Shown: piece after piece, positions 15,394 to 25,104 of the stretch
Layout of the letters: each line of letters opens with the position of its first letter
Position numbering within the stretch: position 1 is the stretch's first letter
IMG/VR virus record: IMGVR_UViG_3300027741_000001
Source: a virus
Strand: one strand, 5' to 3'
DNA length: 64,000 bases
Program-made: the position numbers and the translations under genes
Notes under the pieces: model-generated
Told to the model about the DNA's origin: nothing
Seen by the model: the letters and a program-made list of their open reading frames with translations, nothing else
Databases searched by the model: none

Positions 15394-18279
15394 ATGAAAC
15401 GCAACAAATCAAAAAAAGTGCCACAAATCATTATTGTGACACTTCTTTCGGGATTACCGATCTGCTATGCAGAATCAGCTTTAGCTACTTCTTCTTTCGG
15501 TTTATTAGAACAGAAGCAATCGAGCTCACAACAATCAGTGAAACCCAACCAACTACTAAACCAACCCAAAAACTATCTAAATTCACGGTTACAATCATCT
15601 CTAACTCCTTCAGTTGAGGATCTTAATACTCTAAAGTCTACACTAGCTGACTACAACACGCAACTTGACACACTAATCAGCAAACAGCCTACAAACGACT
15701 CCCCAGAACTTCAAACAGCCATTAAAAAAGCTCAAACAGCTATCCAGACTCTAAAAACTGACGTTTCTGACCTTGAATTGGCCTTAACTACCTATAACAA
15801 TGCCAAAACTGCTCTTACCTATGCTCTAAAAGCACAAACTCTTGCGGACAAAGACGCACAGGATAAGAGAAAGATCCTCAGCTCATCGCAAACTTCCCAC
15901 GAAGCCACGAAACAACAATTAGAAGTTCAGAAGACCGCCGTAGCTCAAGCTCAAACTCAAGCCACAGAAGCAGATGCAAGTGCGCTCCAGGCACAGGAAC
16001 TTCTAATGAAGACGACGGAAGCACTGACGCAGCAGAAAGCCATCACAGCTCAGGCACTACAAACTTTAAACGAACGTCAAACTGACGCCATCGCAGCATC
16101 GTCAACATATACCCAAGCACAACAAACACTTACAAATGCAGAAGAACAGAAAGCACAAGCAGAAAGAAATCTTTCAGCTGCAACTTCCAACAAAGCACAA
16201 GCACAGAAAAACTTAGCTGCAGCTACCGTCCAACTTCAAACGAAGCAATCAGAAGTTAACTCATCCAGGGAGATCTACAATTCCGCCGTTGCCCACTACA
16301 ACCAAACTTTAGATGAGTACAACCAAGCTTATGACTGGTATCTATATACACAACAGAACGTCAACTTAACACGCACTAATCTTCAAGCAGGACAACAAAA
16401 CCTAGACCAAGCACAGTGGAACTATGACAATAACCTCATCCCAGATCCAACGTGGACACCAGCAACTTACCAACAAGAGCACACCAGGCAAGTTCCAACG
16501 ACCACTCTTGTTCCAGTAACAACTACCACCCTTACTGGTGGACTAACCGCTGATTCATTCAACAGGCAGAATTACTCATCCCGCCCTCCTCTTCCAACTT
16601 CTAACGAAACTCCTATTGCAACTCTTAACGTTCCAAATATTAACTACCAATGGGGCGGAGGTAGTGTTCTAAACTCAGGTAGGTATGACCGAGTCCTCGT
16701 TCGCTTCACCGGCCAGCTCTCGGCCCCGGTCACCGGCGACTACCAGTTCTACGCCCCCGCGGACGACGGCGTCATGCTCTACCTCAACGGTCAGCTTCTG
16801 GTCAACGACTGGCGCGACAAGGGCGGCGGCGGGTCCACCTCGGTCCCCGTCCACCTCGAGGCCGACACCCCCCAACAGCTGACCCTCTACTTCTACGAGA
16901 ACGGCGGCGGGGCAAACGTCTGGCTTTACTACGCAACTCCAACCACAGGCTTCCAGATTGTTCCAGCAGCCTACTTAGGCACAACTGCTACCACTACAAC
17001 CACCTACGTCGAACAAACCACATACATCACCGAAACCTATTACACAACTGAAGTAATTCCTAACCAAATAGCCCCACTTATTCACGACCCCGCTCTACTT
17101 CCTGACCTAAAGAACGCACAGATCTACTACGACGCAACTGTTCTATCAAACCAGCAAGCAGAAGAAGACTGGCAGTTAGCACAAGCAGATCAACAACAAG
17201 CAGCTCAGAACTCTACAACTGCTTACAACCAAGTTATAGATACTGCCACCACTCTGAACGCCCTTTCTTCAGATCTGGACGTCGAACAAAACGCATTCAA
17301 CCAAGCCCAGGCAACTTCTAACGAAGCAGATTCAAATTTCCAGAAAGCACAAAGCGTGCGATTAGAATCCCAGCAAAATTTGGCATCAGCTGAACAAACT
17401 GCAAACGAAGCAACCCAGTATTTAGCTGGATCTAATGCACAATTACAGGCAGCTCAACTTGCTTATAACATAGAAGAACAAAAAAACCAAGAGACTAAAA
17501 CTTCCAACGAACAAGCAAAGACATCATTGGAAGCAGCATCCTCAGCTCAATCTCAAGCCCAAGCAAATCTAGAAACACAAACAAGCTTGCTAAGCTCTGC
17601 AACTTCTAACGAAGCTCAAGCTCAAGTTGACGCAGATCTAGCTGCAGCAAACTCAACCCAAGCTGACACCACATCAAACGAAGCATCAAGTACAGCACAG
17701 CAAGCTCAGATCACCACCGACAACTCATCAACCTCATTCCAGTCTTCATTGGAAGTTGCCCAGGCTACCATTCTCACAATCCCAAACCTCATCAAAGAAG
17801 CCACCGACATCTTCAGCACACCACAGGGCTCAGCAGATATTCCAACAAATCTAGATGCAAGCAACTTACAGGACATTGATTTAGCTCAAATTGACCCAAC
17901 AGAACTTAGCCCAGAACAAGCCACACTACTTGTAGCAGCTGCTCTAGAAACCTTCAATACAGCCACAGAAGGCTCTCCAGAGTACAATCAAGCCCTAGAC
18001 GCCCTTTACCTAGCTGCACAGCAAGATGACATTGTTGTTGACGAGTCCCTAGCCAATATCCCGGGTGTTGGACAGGCTGCAGTAGCCATTGCTAACGTTT
18101 TGAACTTAGTTGGCAACGTTGGAGCCGATATTTCACCTAAAGCCCGTAAAAAAGCTCAAAACCTTGTTGTAACCACCCTTGTTGTTGGACAAATTGCCCA
18201 AGCAGCAGCTCTAGCTACCGCCAGTTCAGGCGGTTCATCTAACAAAACAAACAGAATAAACAGGAAGACAGGAAAGTAA
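15394..18279 (+). CDS. large exported coiled-coil protein with central PA14 domain
   Basis: signal peptide, Q/A heptads, INYQWGGG...VRFTG...ADDGVMLYLNG...YFYENGGGA PA14 motifs. Confidence 0.85.
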   Translation: MKRNKSKKVPQIIIVTLLSGLPICYAESALATSSFGLLEQKQSSSQQSVKPNQLLNQPKNYLNSRLQSSLTPSVEDLNTLKSTLADYNTQLDTLISKQPTNDSPELQTAIKKAQTAIQTLKTDVSDLELALTTYNNAKTALTYALKAQTLADKDAQDKRKILSSSQTSHEATKQQLEVQKTAVAQAQTQATEADASALQAQELLMKTTEALTQQKAITAQALQTLNERQTDAIAASSTYTQAQQTLTNAEEQKAQAERNLSAATSNKAQAQKNLAAATVQLQTKQSEVNSSREIYNSAVAHYNQTLDEYNQAYDWYLYTQQNVNLTRTNLQAGQQNLDQAQWNYDNNLIPDPTWTPATYQQEHTRQVPTTTLVPVTTTTLTGGLTADSFNRQNYSSRPPLPTSNETPIATLNVPNINYQWGGGSVLNSGRYDRVLVRFTGQLSAPVTGDYQFYAPADDGVMLYLNGQLLVNDWRDKGGGGSTSVPVHLEADTPQQLTLYFYENGGGANVWLYYATPTTGFQIVPAAYLGTTATTTTTYVEQTTYITETYYTTEVIPNQIAPLIHDPALLPDLKNAQIYYDATVLSNQQAEEDWQLAQADQQQAAQNSTTAYNQVIDTATTLNALSSDLDVEQNAFNQAQATSNEADSNFQKAQSVRLESQQNLASAEQTANEATQYLAGSNAQLQAAQLAYNIEEQKNQETKTSNEQAKTSLEAASSAQSQAQANLETQTSLLSSATSNEAQAQVDADLAAANSTQADTTSNEASSTAQQAQITTDNSSTSFQSSLEVAQATILTIPNLIKEATDIFSTPQGSADIPTNLDASNLQDIDLAQIDPTELSPEQATLLVAAALETFNTATEGSPEYNQALDALYLAAQQDDIVVDESLANIPGVGQAAVAIANVLNLVGNVGADISPKARKKAQNLVVTTLVVGQIAQAAALATASSGGSSNKTNRINRKTGK
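15891..17613 (+). repeat. right cluster of dispersed motif AACTTCYAACGAA
   Basis: perfect copies at 16596, 17313, 17499, 17601; one-mismatch copies at 15891, 15998, 16182, 16232. Confidence 0.85.
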
Positions 18280-18479
18280 TGAAAAAACTAGGAAAGTTCC
18301 TATCAGACCTACTAAAAGACCTACTTGACCAAGCTTGGACCCTACTAGGTTTAGCTTTAGGTTGGGTACTTCTAGAAGGCTCAGCAAGAGATATCGTAGG
18401 AAAACTAATTGGAGTCACACTTCTAATCTGGGTACTCACATTCCCTATTAGACGTGAAAAAGACGAGGATGACGAGTAA
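18279..18479 (+). CDS. small two-TM membrane protein (holin-like)
   Basis: two hydrophobic segments, charged tail, upstream of M23 peptidase. Confidence 0.7.
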   Translation: MKKLGKFLSDLLKDLLDQAWTLLGLALGWVLLEGSARDIVGKLIGVTLLIWVLTFPIRREKDEDDE

Positions 18480-18679
18480 TGTTTGCTTATTTAAAGCACT
18501 ACTACTTTATAAAACACAAAGATGTCTCTCTGCTTGCATTAGAAGCTTGGAGAGAGTACATCAAAGGTAAACCACGTATCTACAATATGGATATTTGTCA
18601 CAATTTTCAAAAAGGGTTTATTAACACTTACCGTCACAATTATGCTAAGGCTCAACTAGCCTTAAATAAAGCGTTGTAA
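18479..18679 (+). CDS. hypothetical protein
   Basis: 66-aa coupled ORF. Confidence 0.6.
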   Translation: MFAYLKHYYFIKHKDVSLLALEAWREYIKGKPRIYNMDICHNFQKGFINTYRHNYAKAQLALNKAL

Positions 18680-18720
18680 AATTAACTGTAACACCCAATC
18701 ACTATTAAGGAGACAAAATT

Positions 18721-19254
18721 ATGGCCGTTGAAGTGACATACTTCGAACCATTTGATCCAAAGCTTCGCGGAGACGAGCTTGGAAACTTAGCACCATATCG
18801 TAACGGACGTCCACATCGTGGACAGGACTGGCATCCAAAGGAGAAGAGCCCAATCAAGGCTATCTGCGATGGCACAGTTGGTCTTGTTGCTTGGACCGAT
18901 GTACTAGGACACATCCTTGTTCACTCTTCAGCAGATGGCAAGCACTGGGTTCTATACGCACACCTCGCAGTAGCACCTACCCTAAAGAAGGGTGACAAAG
19001 TTGTTGGCGGTCAAACCGTTCTAGGTCTAGTTGGTGGCGGTAAGAACACACCAAGCGGATCCGCAAGTACCGGGGCCCACCTTCACATGACTGTTGCCAC
19101 AATGGGAAAGAACTTTGCAGGAGTTGAAGCACACTTGCTTCCATTCGAGCGTCTAGTTGACCCACTAAAGCTTTTCACAGCAGCTCCTAAGAAGTCTGTT
19201 GCAGCAAAGGTTGTATCCGCCGTCAAGAAGGTAGTTCCTACCAAGAAGGCGTAA
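18721..19254 (+). CDS. M23 peptidase (endolysin candidate)
   Basis: HRGQD, YAHL, STGAHLH motifs. Confidence 0.9.
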   Translation: MAVEVTYFEPFDPKLRGDELGNLAPYRNGRPHRGQDWHPKEKSPIKAICDGTVGLVAWTDVLGHILVHSSADGKHWVLYAHLAVAPTLKKGDKVVGGQTVLGLVGGGKNTPSGSASTGAHLHMTVATMGKNFAGVEAHLLPFERLVDPLKLFTAAPKKSVAAKVVSAVKKVVPTKKA

Positions 19255-19310
19255 TAAGCTAGCCCGGAGATAAAGGTGTAATTAAAACACGTAATAAACC
19301 TGACCGGTAG

Positions 19311-19348
19311 AAAGAAGCCCCCACCTGACGAGGATGGGGGTTTTCTTT
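19311..19348. terminator. bidirectional terminator
   Basis: GCCCCCA/TGGGGGT hairpin between convergent genes. Confidence 0.65.
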
Positions 19349-19557
19349 TACTTCTTTTTTAATTTACTAATTAATTTTCTTATTGGCCACAGAAGAATCC
19401 AAAAGCATTTAAATATTGTATGTAGTACCCAAATAAATAAAACTAACGAAGTTAACATAAATAAAGTTAGTGGGAACTGACTTCTTTTAGGAAGTTTAGA
19501 TCTTGTTTTTACAGTAGCTCTATAGCTAAACGGTTGATTCCTACTATTTCTCGGCAT
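19348..19557 (-). CDS. small membrane protein
   Basis: basic N-terminus plus hydrophobic helix. Confidence 0.5.
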   Translation of the reverse strand: MPRNSRNQPFSYRATVKTRSKLPKRSQFPLTLFMLTSLVLFIWVLHTIFKCFWILLWPIRKLISKLKKK

Positions 19558-20029
19558 GAGTCACCCAGTAGTAATTACAACCCTCACAACAGGGTTTATT
19601 ATCTGGATCACTTACAGAATCAAAGAACTGAAAGTAGTACACAGGATCTTTCTTATAAAGATTTGCCTTGTGTGTAGCCAAAACTCTATGGCTTTTATCA
19701 GAGTCATGGAACCAGTTAGGTAGTCCATTACCCCAATTATCATAATTTGCTAAGAACAAATTCTTGATATTGATTACGTTATTTATAGTTTTTATGCCAC
19801 GTTTGTCAGCTTCTTTAACGCAACACATAATGTAAGCCAACAATGATTTTTCGTGCCCACGCCACATCTTTACTGCAGGGTGATTACGCCATCCGGCTTT
19901 AGGGTCGTCACTCGATAGAACTTTAAGAATCTGATAACCCTCTAGAATCTGCTTGTTCAATCGCTTATTGTCTAGCACTTGCGCGGACTGATCAAAGTCC
20001 TTATATGGTAGAAATGTTTGCATACTCAA
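19544..20029 (-). CDS. pyrimidine-dimer DNA glycosylase-like, MSMEG_6728 family
   Basis: MQTFLPY...LDNKRLNKQILEGYQI...WRNHPAVKMWRG. Confidence 0.9.
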   Translation of the reverse strand: MSMQTFLPYKDFDQSAQVLDNKRLNKQILEGYQILKVLSSDDPKAGWRNHPAVKMWRGHEKSLLAYIMCCVKEADKRGIKTINNVINIKNLFLANYDNWGNGLPNWFHDSDKSHRVLATHKANLYKKDPVYYFQFFDSVSDPDNKPCCEGCNYYWVTHAEK

Positions 20030-20068
20030 ACCATACTGACGTTTAGCATATCTGTCAAGATATATTTA

Positions 20069-21262
20069 CTATTTTCTGCCTAATTTAATTACATTACTGT
20101 AAGTGACATATCCAAAAGGATCTATTACAATTGATCCCTCAGGGTAGCCATCAGCATACCTTTCATGGGCAGTAGCAACAAAATAGACTCCAACCCCTTC
20201 AATTTCAGTGACATGCTTATGAGGGTAATCAATTAGATTAGATACTAAAATAGCCGGACTTCCAGTTTCAATATTTGTTTCAGGTTTAAATGCCTTACCT
20301 AGAATGTAAAGATCTAAACCATTCTCTTCAGCTACAGACGCAGCAAACTCTCCATGCCACTTCTCATAATCTTCTCTAGATTTCATAAGATCTTCAAATA
20401 TGTTGTGGCTTAGCCCAACACTTTCAGCTAACCAGCTTAGAGCAATATTATCTCTAGGGTGACAACCACCACCATCACTCATACCAGCCCTCATATATTT
20501 AGGAGAGATAAGTCTTTTAGTTGAGACAGACCATGCTTTAAAAATGTCATCAAAGTTCATACCAATCTTATGAGCAAGCTCTCCCCAAGTATTTGCGATA
20601 ACAGTCTTTGCAGTAATCCAGGTATTGTATGAAACTTTAATACCTTCTGCAGTTGTTATATCAGTAACAATATGAGGCTTTTCAAACAGAGTCTCATAGA
20701 ACTCTTGAAGTTTAGAGCTAGCACGATCACTTTCTACCCCAATTAGAGCAAATTCTGGATCTAGATAGTCTTCAATGGCAGTACCCATAGCAATAAACTG
20801 CGGAGTATAAACATACTCAATGTAATCATTCAATAGAGGCTTTATTCTATTTTCGTACGTTGTAGGTAGGCAAGTGGAGATAACTGCAACAATTGTTTTC
20901 TTTTTTCCCTCTTTAGCAATCCTAGCAATACTTTCAATGCCATCTATTAGGTATGAATAGTCAAAGTCCTTCCTAAGTTCCGGAAGAGAGGTAGAGCCTT
21001 CATACTGAGGGTCGTGAGGAGTTTGGATCGGAACAAAGATAATGTCTGATCTGGCTACTATGTACTCAAGACTTTTTAGCTTAAGCTTTGTAGAGTTTAG
21101 AAGAGGCTCCATACCTTTTTCAATAAAAGGTGTTGATTTAGTATCTAAATACTTTTGAATATCTGGGTTTATATCGTATCCAAAGATCTCATGTCCTTTA
21201 GATTCAATAGCCAAAGCTACAGGAAATCCAAGCTTTCCCAGTCCAACAAAACCTATTTTCAA
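20069..21262 (-). CDS. ugd: UDP-glucose/GDP-mannose dehydrogenase family protein
   Basis: GLGKLG Rossmann motif, AEGIKVSYN, GGGCHPRD catalytic Cys, AFKP. Confidence 0.88.
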   Translation of the reverse strand: MKIGFVGLGKLGFPVALAIESKGHEIFGYDINPDIQKYLDTKSTPFIEKGMEPLLNSTKLKLKSLEYIVARSDIIFVPIQTPHDPQYEGSTSLPELRKDFDYSYLIDGIESIARIAKEGKKKTIVAVISTCLPTTYENRIKPLLNDYIEYVYTPQFIAMGTAIEDYLDPEFALIGVESDRASSKLQEFYETLFEKPHIVTDITTAEGIKVSYNTWITAKTVIANTWGELAHKIGMNFDDIFKAWSVSTKRLISPKYMRAGMSDGGGCHPRDNIALSWLAESVGLSHNIFEDLMKSREDYEKWHGEFAASVAEENGLDLYILGKAFKPETNIETGSPAILVSNLIDYPHKHVTEIEGVGVYFVATAHERYADGYPEGSIVIDPFGYVTYSNVIKLGRK

Positions 21263-21263
21263 C

Positions 21264-21953
21264 TTACTCTCCTACGTTCTTTAGCATTTTTTCTTTTAGT
21301 TTTTCAGCGTCATTAAGCCGCTTTTTTTGCATTTCCAAGCTACTGTACAAAGACGCAACTCCACCATTCTGATTATGTCTATCCAATCTATCAAGCGTGT
21401 TCCTATCAATCACAGCTTTTCCAAATAGGTAGTGCATATGCTCAGTAAGAATGTCGACATGTATATGACGACCTATCATCTTAGCTACGTCATTTAACCA
21501 AGTGTCGTTGTAGTCACTAACAAAATACGGAGGAACAAAGTACCCTACAGCCTCAACCCAATCTCTATGAATAAATCCATGAGTACCAAAAACCCCATTA
21601 AAATGGCTACCATCATTCCCATATACAAAAGCAATATTGTCAGGGTACTCTTTAAATTTATTAGAAACTATAGTGTCCCACCCTTTAGTTCTAAAAATAA
21701 TGTCATCCCCACAATGCATAAGAATATCTCCAGAAGCTTTTTCATAGCACTTGTTCCACATCTCACTTAAAATAATTCTCTCACCAGACACTTTTGTAAA
21801 AGGAACTTCTAAGTTATCGTAGCTGTGGTCATCTTCATCAATATAAAGAATCATTTCTATGTTTGAAACATCATCTGCAGTCTCTAAAACAGATTGCCAT
21901 AGTCTAAAAACATTTAAAGGTCTTTGTCTAGTTGGCATTAAAATACTGATCAT
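21264..21953 (-). CDS. GT2-family glycosyltransferase
   Basis: ISILMPTR, GDD DxD-like motif. Confidence 0.85.
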   Translation of the reverse strand: MISILMPTRQRPLNVFRLWQSVLETADDVSNIEMILYIDEDDHSYDNLEVPFTKVSGERIILSEMWNKCYEKASGDILMHCGDDIIFRTKGWDTIVSNKFKEYPDNIAFVYGNDGSHFNGVFGTHGFIHRDWVEAVGYFVPPYFVSDYNDTWLNDVAKMIGRHIHVDILTEHMHYLFGKAVIDRNTLDRLDRHNQNGGVASLYSSLEMQKKRLNDAEKLKEKMLKNVGE

Positions 21954-22466
21954 TTAGCTCTCCTTGATTAATCTTTTTTGTTTTGCTAAAAATATTCTTT
22001 CGTGGATAGTTCTAACGGAAGAAACTCCTTCAATACTAGCAATTGTCTGAGCTACATTAGAGATCCCAAACTGCTTTAAAAACAAATATTCCTCAGCTGT
22101 TCGTTCTAATACAGTTAAACCAATGCTCATATCTTTCCAATGACCAGCAAGATGCATCATAGCTAATGCAGTCCTCTTTTTAGAGTCCGGAATGATATTA
22201 CCTACTACACCATCTCCCCCATAGAACGTCTTGGCAATATAAAGAACGTCTTCCAGTAGAAATCCTGCACGTTGACGAGCTTCTATCTCATTATTTCCAT
22301 AGATCGGGAAGTTCATAACTGCCATAACCTGTAAACTTCCCATGAAGTTACCTGATACCCACCACTCACATGCGTATCCGTCACCCTCCTTACGGACGTC
22401 GGCGGTAACAACCCGACCATCACTGACCCACATCAGTAGGTTGTCCGTATCAATTGCAGTCTTCAT
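21954..22466 (-). CDS. hypothetical protein with possible C-terminal HTH
   Basis: IASIEGVSSVRTIHERI. Confidence 0.7.
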   Translation of the reverse strand: MKTAIDTDNLLMWVSDGRVVTADVRKEGDGYACEWWVSGNFMGSLQVMAVMNFPIYGNNEIEARQRAGFLLEDVLYIAKTFYGGDGVVGNIIPDSKKRTALAMMHLAGHWKDMSIGLTVLERTAEEYLFLKQFGISNVAQTIASIEGVSSVRTIHERIFLAKQKRLIKES

Positions 22467-22499
22467 ATAGTAATCTTACCAATACTTTACTTACCCTAT

Positions 22500-22536
22500 A
22501 AAAAACCCCCCGGGTCATAACTCTCGAGGGGCTTCC
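22500..22536 (-). terminator. intrinsic terminator
   Basis: CCCC/GGGG stem with U-tract on minus strand. Confidence 0.55.
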
Positions 22537-22566
22537 TTTGACAGGCACTATGGTCGATTTAATATA

Positions 22567-22893
22567 TTATTCCGTACCCAGATATTCTGCCAAATCTTTT
22601 AGAATGCCAGGCTTAGGTCTAGCACCAATAATAGTCTTAACTATTTCCCCGTTGTTGTACACCAGTATAGTAGGAATAGAGCTAATACCATAGCGATCCA
22701 ATAACTCAGGCTCTTCATCTGCATTTACCTTTACAATCTTTAGCTGTTCAGAATATTCTTCAGCAAGCTGATCAAGGATAGGAGCAACCATCCTACAAGG
22801 GCCACACCAAGTAGCCCAGAAATCGACAAGTACCAACCCGCCACCATCAACCACTTCTTGATCATATTCATCAGTTTTAATATCCTTAATCAT
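22567..22893 (-). CDS. trxA: thioredoxin
   Basis: DFWATWCGPC active site. Confidence 0.95.
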   Translation of the reverse strand: MIKDIKTDEYDQEVVDGGGLVLVDFWATWCGPCRMVAPILDQLAEEYSEQLKIVKVNADEEPELLDRYGISSIPTILVYNNGEIVKTIIGARPKPGILKDLAEYLGTE

Positions 22894-22910
22894 TTTGCTG
22901 CAACTTTCTT

Positions 22911-23609
22911 CTAGTTTACTATATAAACAGTCTCTTTGTGATGCTTAAGTTTTACTGTAGGGTCTATGTATATTTTATACCCATTTCTTCTAGCATTCAT
23001 ACACCAAGAGTAATCTTCTCCTACATAAGTTTCAAGTTCAGAGTTGTCCCAGCTCAAGTACTCAACTCTAAACCAAGGACGATCCATACTTTCAAAAACT
23101 CCACTTTTCATAGTAATAAATCCGAATCCAACCCCAAAGACTTCAATTGGATCTACTTTACCAAAAAAAGCAAACTCATGTAAATTTGTAGTAGGTCTTT
23201 CAATCCCACGAGAATAGTAGTCTTGATTGAAATTTGAAACATTAACAATGCCATCACCGGTCAGTGCAGTGATTCCAGAGATTACATCAAAATCCGATTC
23301 ATATAGCTTTTTAAAATTTTCAACTTCCCACTCGATATCAGAGTCAATCCAGAAGATTTTGTCGTAAGTATATTGTTTAGATCCAACAACTCCGTATTCC
23401 GAACTTAAAGCACTGTTTTTATCAAAATCAGGCCCCCTATCCAAAGCCGTTACTTCTCTAGTTAAAGGAATAAAAGATCCACTCATTGTTAAAAACCTGT
23501 ATGTCAATCCAACAGACTCTAACCATGTAATAGTTTTAATCAAGCTTTTAACATAAGAAGCGTGCATCTGCTTTCCAGGAGTTGCAATCAAAACGTTGTA
23601 GTGCTCCAT
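22911..23609 (-). CDS. GT-A fold glycosyltransferase-like protein
   Basis: LIATP, WIDSD, GFGF, GED..WC. Confidence 0.8.
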   Translation of the reverse strand: MEHYNVLIATPGKQMHASYVKSLIKTITWLESVGLTYRFLTMSGSFIPLTREVTALDRGPDFDKNSALSSEYGVVGSKQYTYDKIFWIDSDIEWEVENFKKLYESDFDVISGITALTGDGIVNVSNFNQDYYSRGIERPTTNLHEFAFFGKVDPIEVFGVGFGFITMKSGVFESMDRPWFRVEYLSWDNSELETYVGEDYSWCMNARRNGYKIYIDPTVKLKHHKETVYIVN

Positions 23610-23621
23610 CAGATCTTCTCC

Positions 23622-23831
23622 TTACCTGTCTTCATACCATTCCGTATCCATTTTTGTTTGGCTACCAAATGACACTGCAAACATAAGTAAGGTTACAAAC
23701 ACAACAAACGGTTGAAAGTACCACCAGTTCCATCCAGTACCAAATGACACAATACTTGAGATTGTCTCGTGGTATCCAAACCAGAACAAAAAGGCAATCA
23801 AAGCATCTTTATTTATTTTTCCCATGTACAT
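23622..23831 (-). CDS. small membrane protein
   Basis: two TM segments. Confidence 0.65.
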   Translation of the reverse strand: MYMGKINKDALIAFLFWFGYHETISSIVSFGTGWNWWYFQPFVVFVTLLMFAVSFGSQTKMDTEWYEDR

Positions 23832-23960
23832 ACGCTTCCTGAGTGAGGCCCACTCAAATCTTGATACTCAACAACACTACATTTATAGTGCTGAAACGTG
23901 TATAGTAATCCCATAATACCTATAAACACTGCCAAGGTAGTTAACATCATCTTAGCTTCA

Positions 23961-24155
23961 CTACTCACCGTCATGCACCTCACACATTCTTATTGCAACA
24001 TCTTCCCCAGCATCTTGATACTGCTCCCAGCATGACATAGGGGCGGGCACGTTTTCCTTTTTGATTAGGAAATAGCCGTAAACTAGAGAACCAAGCATTG
24101 CAGCAAAAATTAGCATAAAGGCAGTAATTTCTTTTTTAGTTAGCTTTTCATTCAT
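23961..24155 (-). CDS. small membrane-anchored protein
   Basis: start MNEKLT with GGAG RBS; one TM. Confidence 0.65.
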   Translation of the reverse strand: MNEKLTKKEITAFMLIFAAMLGSLVYGYFLIKKENVPAPMSCWEQYQDAGEDVAIRMCEVHDGE

Positions 24156-24351
24156 TAGATTCTCCTCTAATAAGTTCAACAGCCTCGCAAAAACAATAGC
24201 CAAGTTTATTATGTCCACCATCCAGAGCGCATTCACTGTTCTCTATTAGCAGGTTTATGATGCGTGCTTCAGCATCTTCAAACCCCCAGTCATAACACTG
24301 GCGTTCAAGCTTACTCATGGTATTACGAGCAGCACTATTTGGTTTACTCAT
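24148..24351 (-). CDS. ERIIxLL-family small protein
   Basis: EARIINLL...VELIRGE. Confidence 0.7.
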   Translation of the reverse strand: MSKPNSAARNTMSKLERQCYDWGFEDAEARIINLLIENSECALDGGHNKLGYCFCEAVELIRGESNE

Positions 24352-24541
24352 TCGTTTCCCCCTTAATAAGAGCAATTGCTTCATCTACATTAATCATTGT
24401 TGCTTCGCCATATTCAAGAGTCATTTTTTCTGACCAAAACTCTTTGAGTTCCTCTAGCAATTTGATAATGCGTTCTTGCTCACGCTCTACAGCACGGGCT
24501 CTACCTCTTAGGGATTCATCTAATGTAATCCATTTACTCAT
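24344..24541 (-). CDS. ERIIxLL-family small protein
   Basis: EQERIIKLL...IALIKGE. Confidence 0.7.
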   Translation of the reverse strand: MSKWITLDESLRGRARAVEREQERIIKLLEELKEFWSEKMTLEYGEATMINVDEAIALIKGETNE

Positions 24542-24716
24542 TCGTTTCTCCTTTGATCAGAGCAATAAGCTCTTCCATTTCCATGATTCCATCAATGTAG
24601 TGCTTAGCAGTGTAAGCCTTGTGGCGATCCTTTAGCAAGTTAATAATACGCTCTTGCTCCGCAGCTTCACCTGCCTCAAAGCCAAGAGCTAATGCTCTAG
24701 CGTTGTCTTCATTCAT
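24534..24716 (-). CDS. ERIIxLL-family small protein
   Basis: EQERIINLL...IALIKGE. Confidence 0.7.
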   Translation of the reverse strand: MNEDNARALALGFEAGEAAEQERIINLLKDRHKAYTAKHYIDGIMEMEELIALIKGETNE

Positions 24717-25104
24717 TCGTAGATCCTTTACGTCTAGCTCTAGCAATTCTTGAACGTTCAGCATTGGCAGCACGGCAGTCTGTACATCTACAGCCCTCTT
24801 TATATTTTGCATAAATTCCATGAGCATTATCTATACGTCGTTCGTCACTAGTTTTTTTCTTGTGGCAACCATAGCACAATACCTGGCAATTAGCCAACTC
24901 TTTTTCTTGTATCTCAGAGGTACGGGACCATATGCTAGTCGGGTTCATAGTCTTTAGACTTCTGTCTATATGATCGACTTCTAAAGAATTGACTGACCCA
25001 CACTTCTCACAGCGCCCGCCACGAGAAACTATGAATGCATTTCGGTTAGCTTTAAGCCACTCAACCTGATACTTACGTTGTCTATCTTTATCTTTATAAG
25101 GCAT
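24709..25104 (-). CDS. HNH endonuclease
   Basis: CEKC...LEVDH...NCQVLCYGCH; C-terminal GCRCTDC. Confidence 0.88.
   Translation of the reverse strand: MPYKDKDRQRKYQVEWLKANRNAFIVSRGGRCEKCGSVNSLEVDHIDRSLKTMNPTSIWSRTSEIQEKELANCQVLCYGCHKKKTSDERRIDNAHGIYAKYKEGCRCTDCRAANAERSRIARARRKGSTNE

Noticed and set aside
8881-17613. CRISPR array explanation for the repeated 13-mer
   Set aside because: Too short, irregularly spaced and embedded in coding frames; no cas operon (the Cas4-like nuclease sits in a recombination operon).
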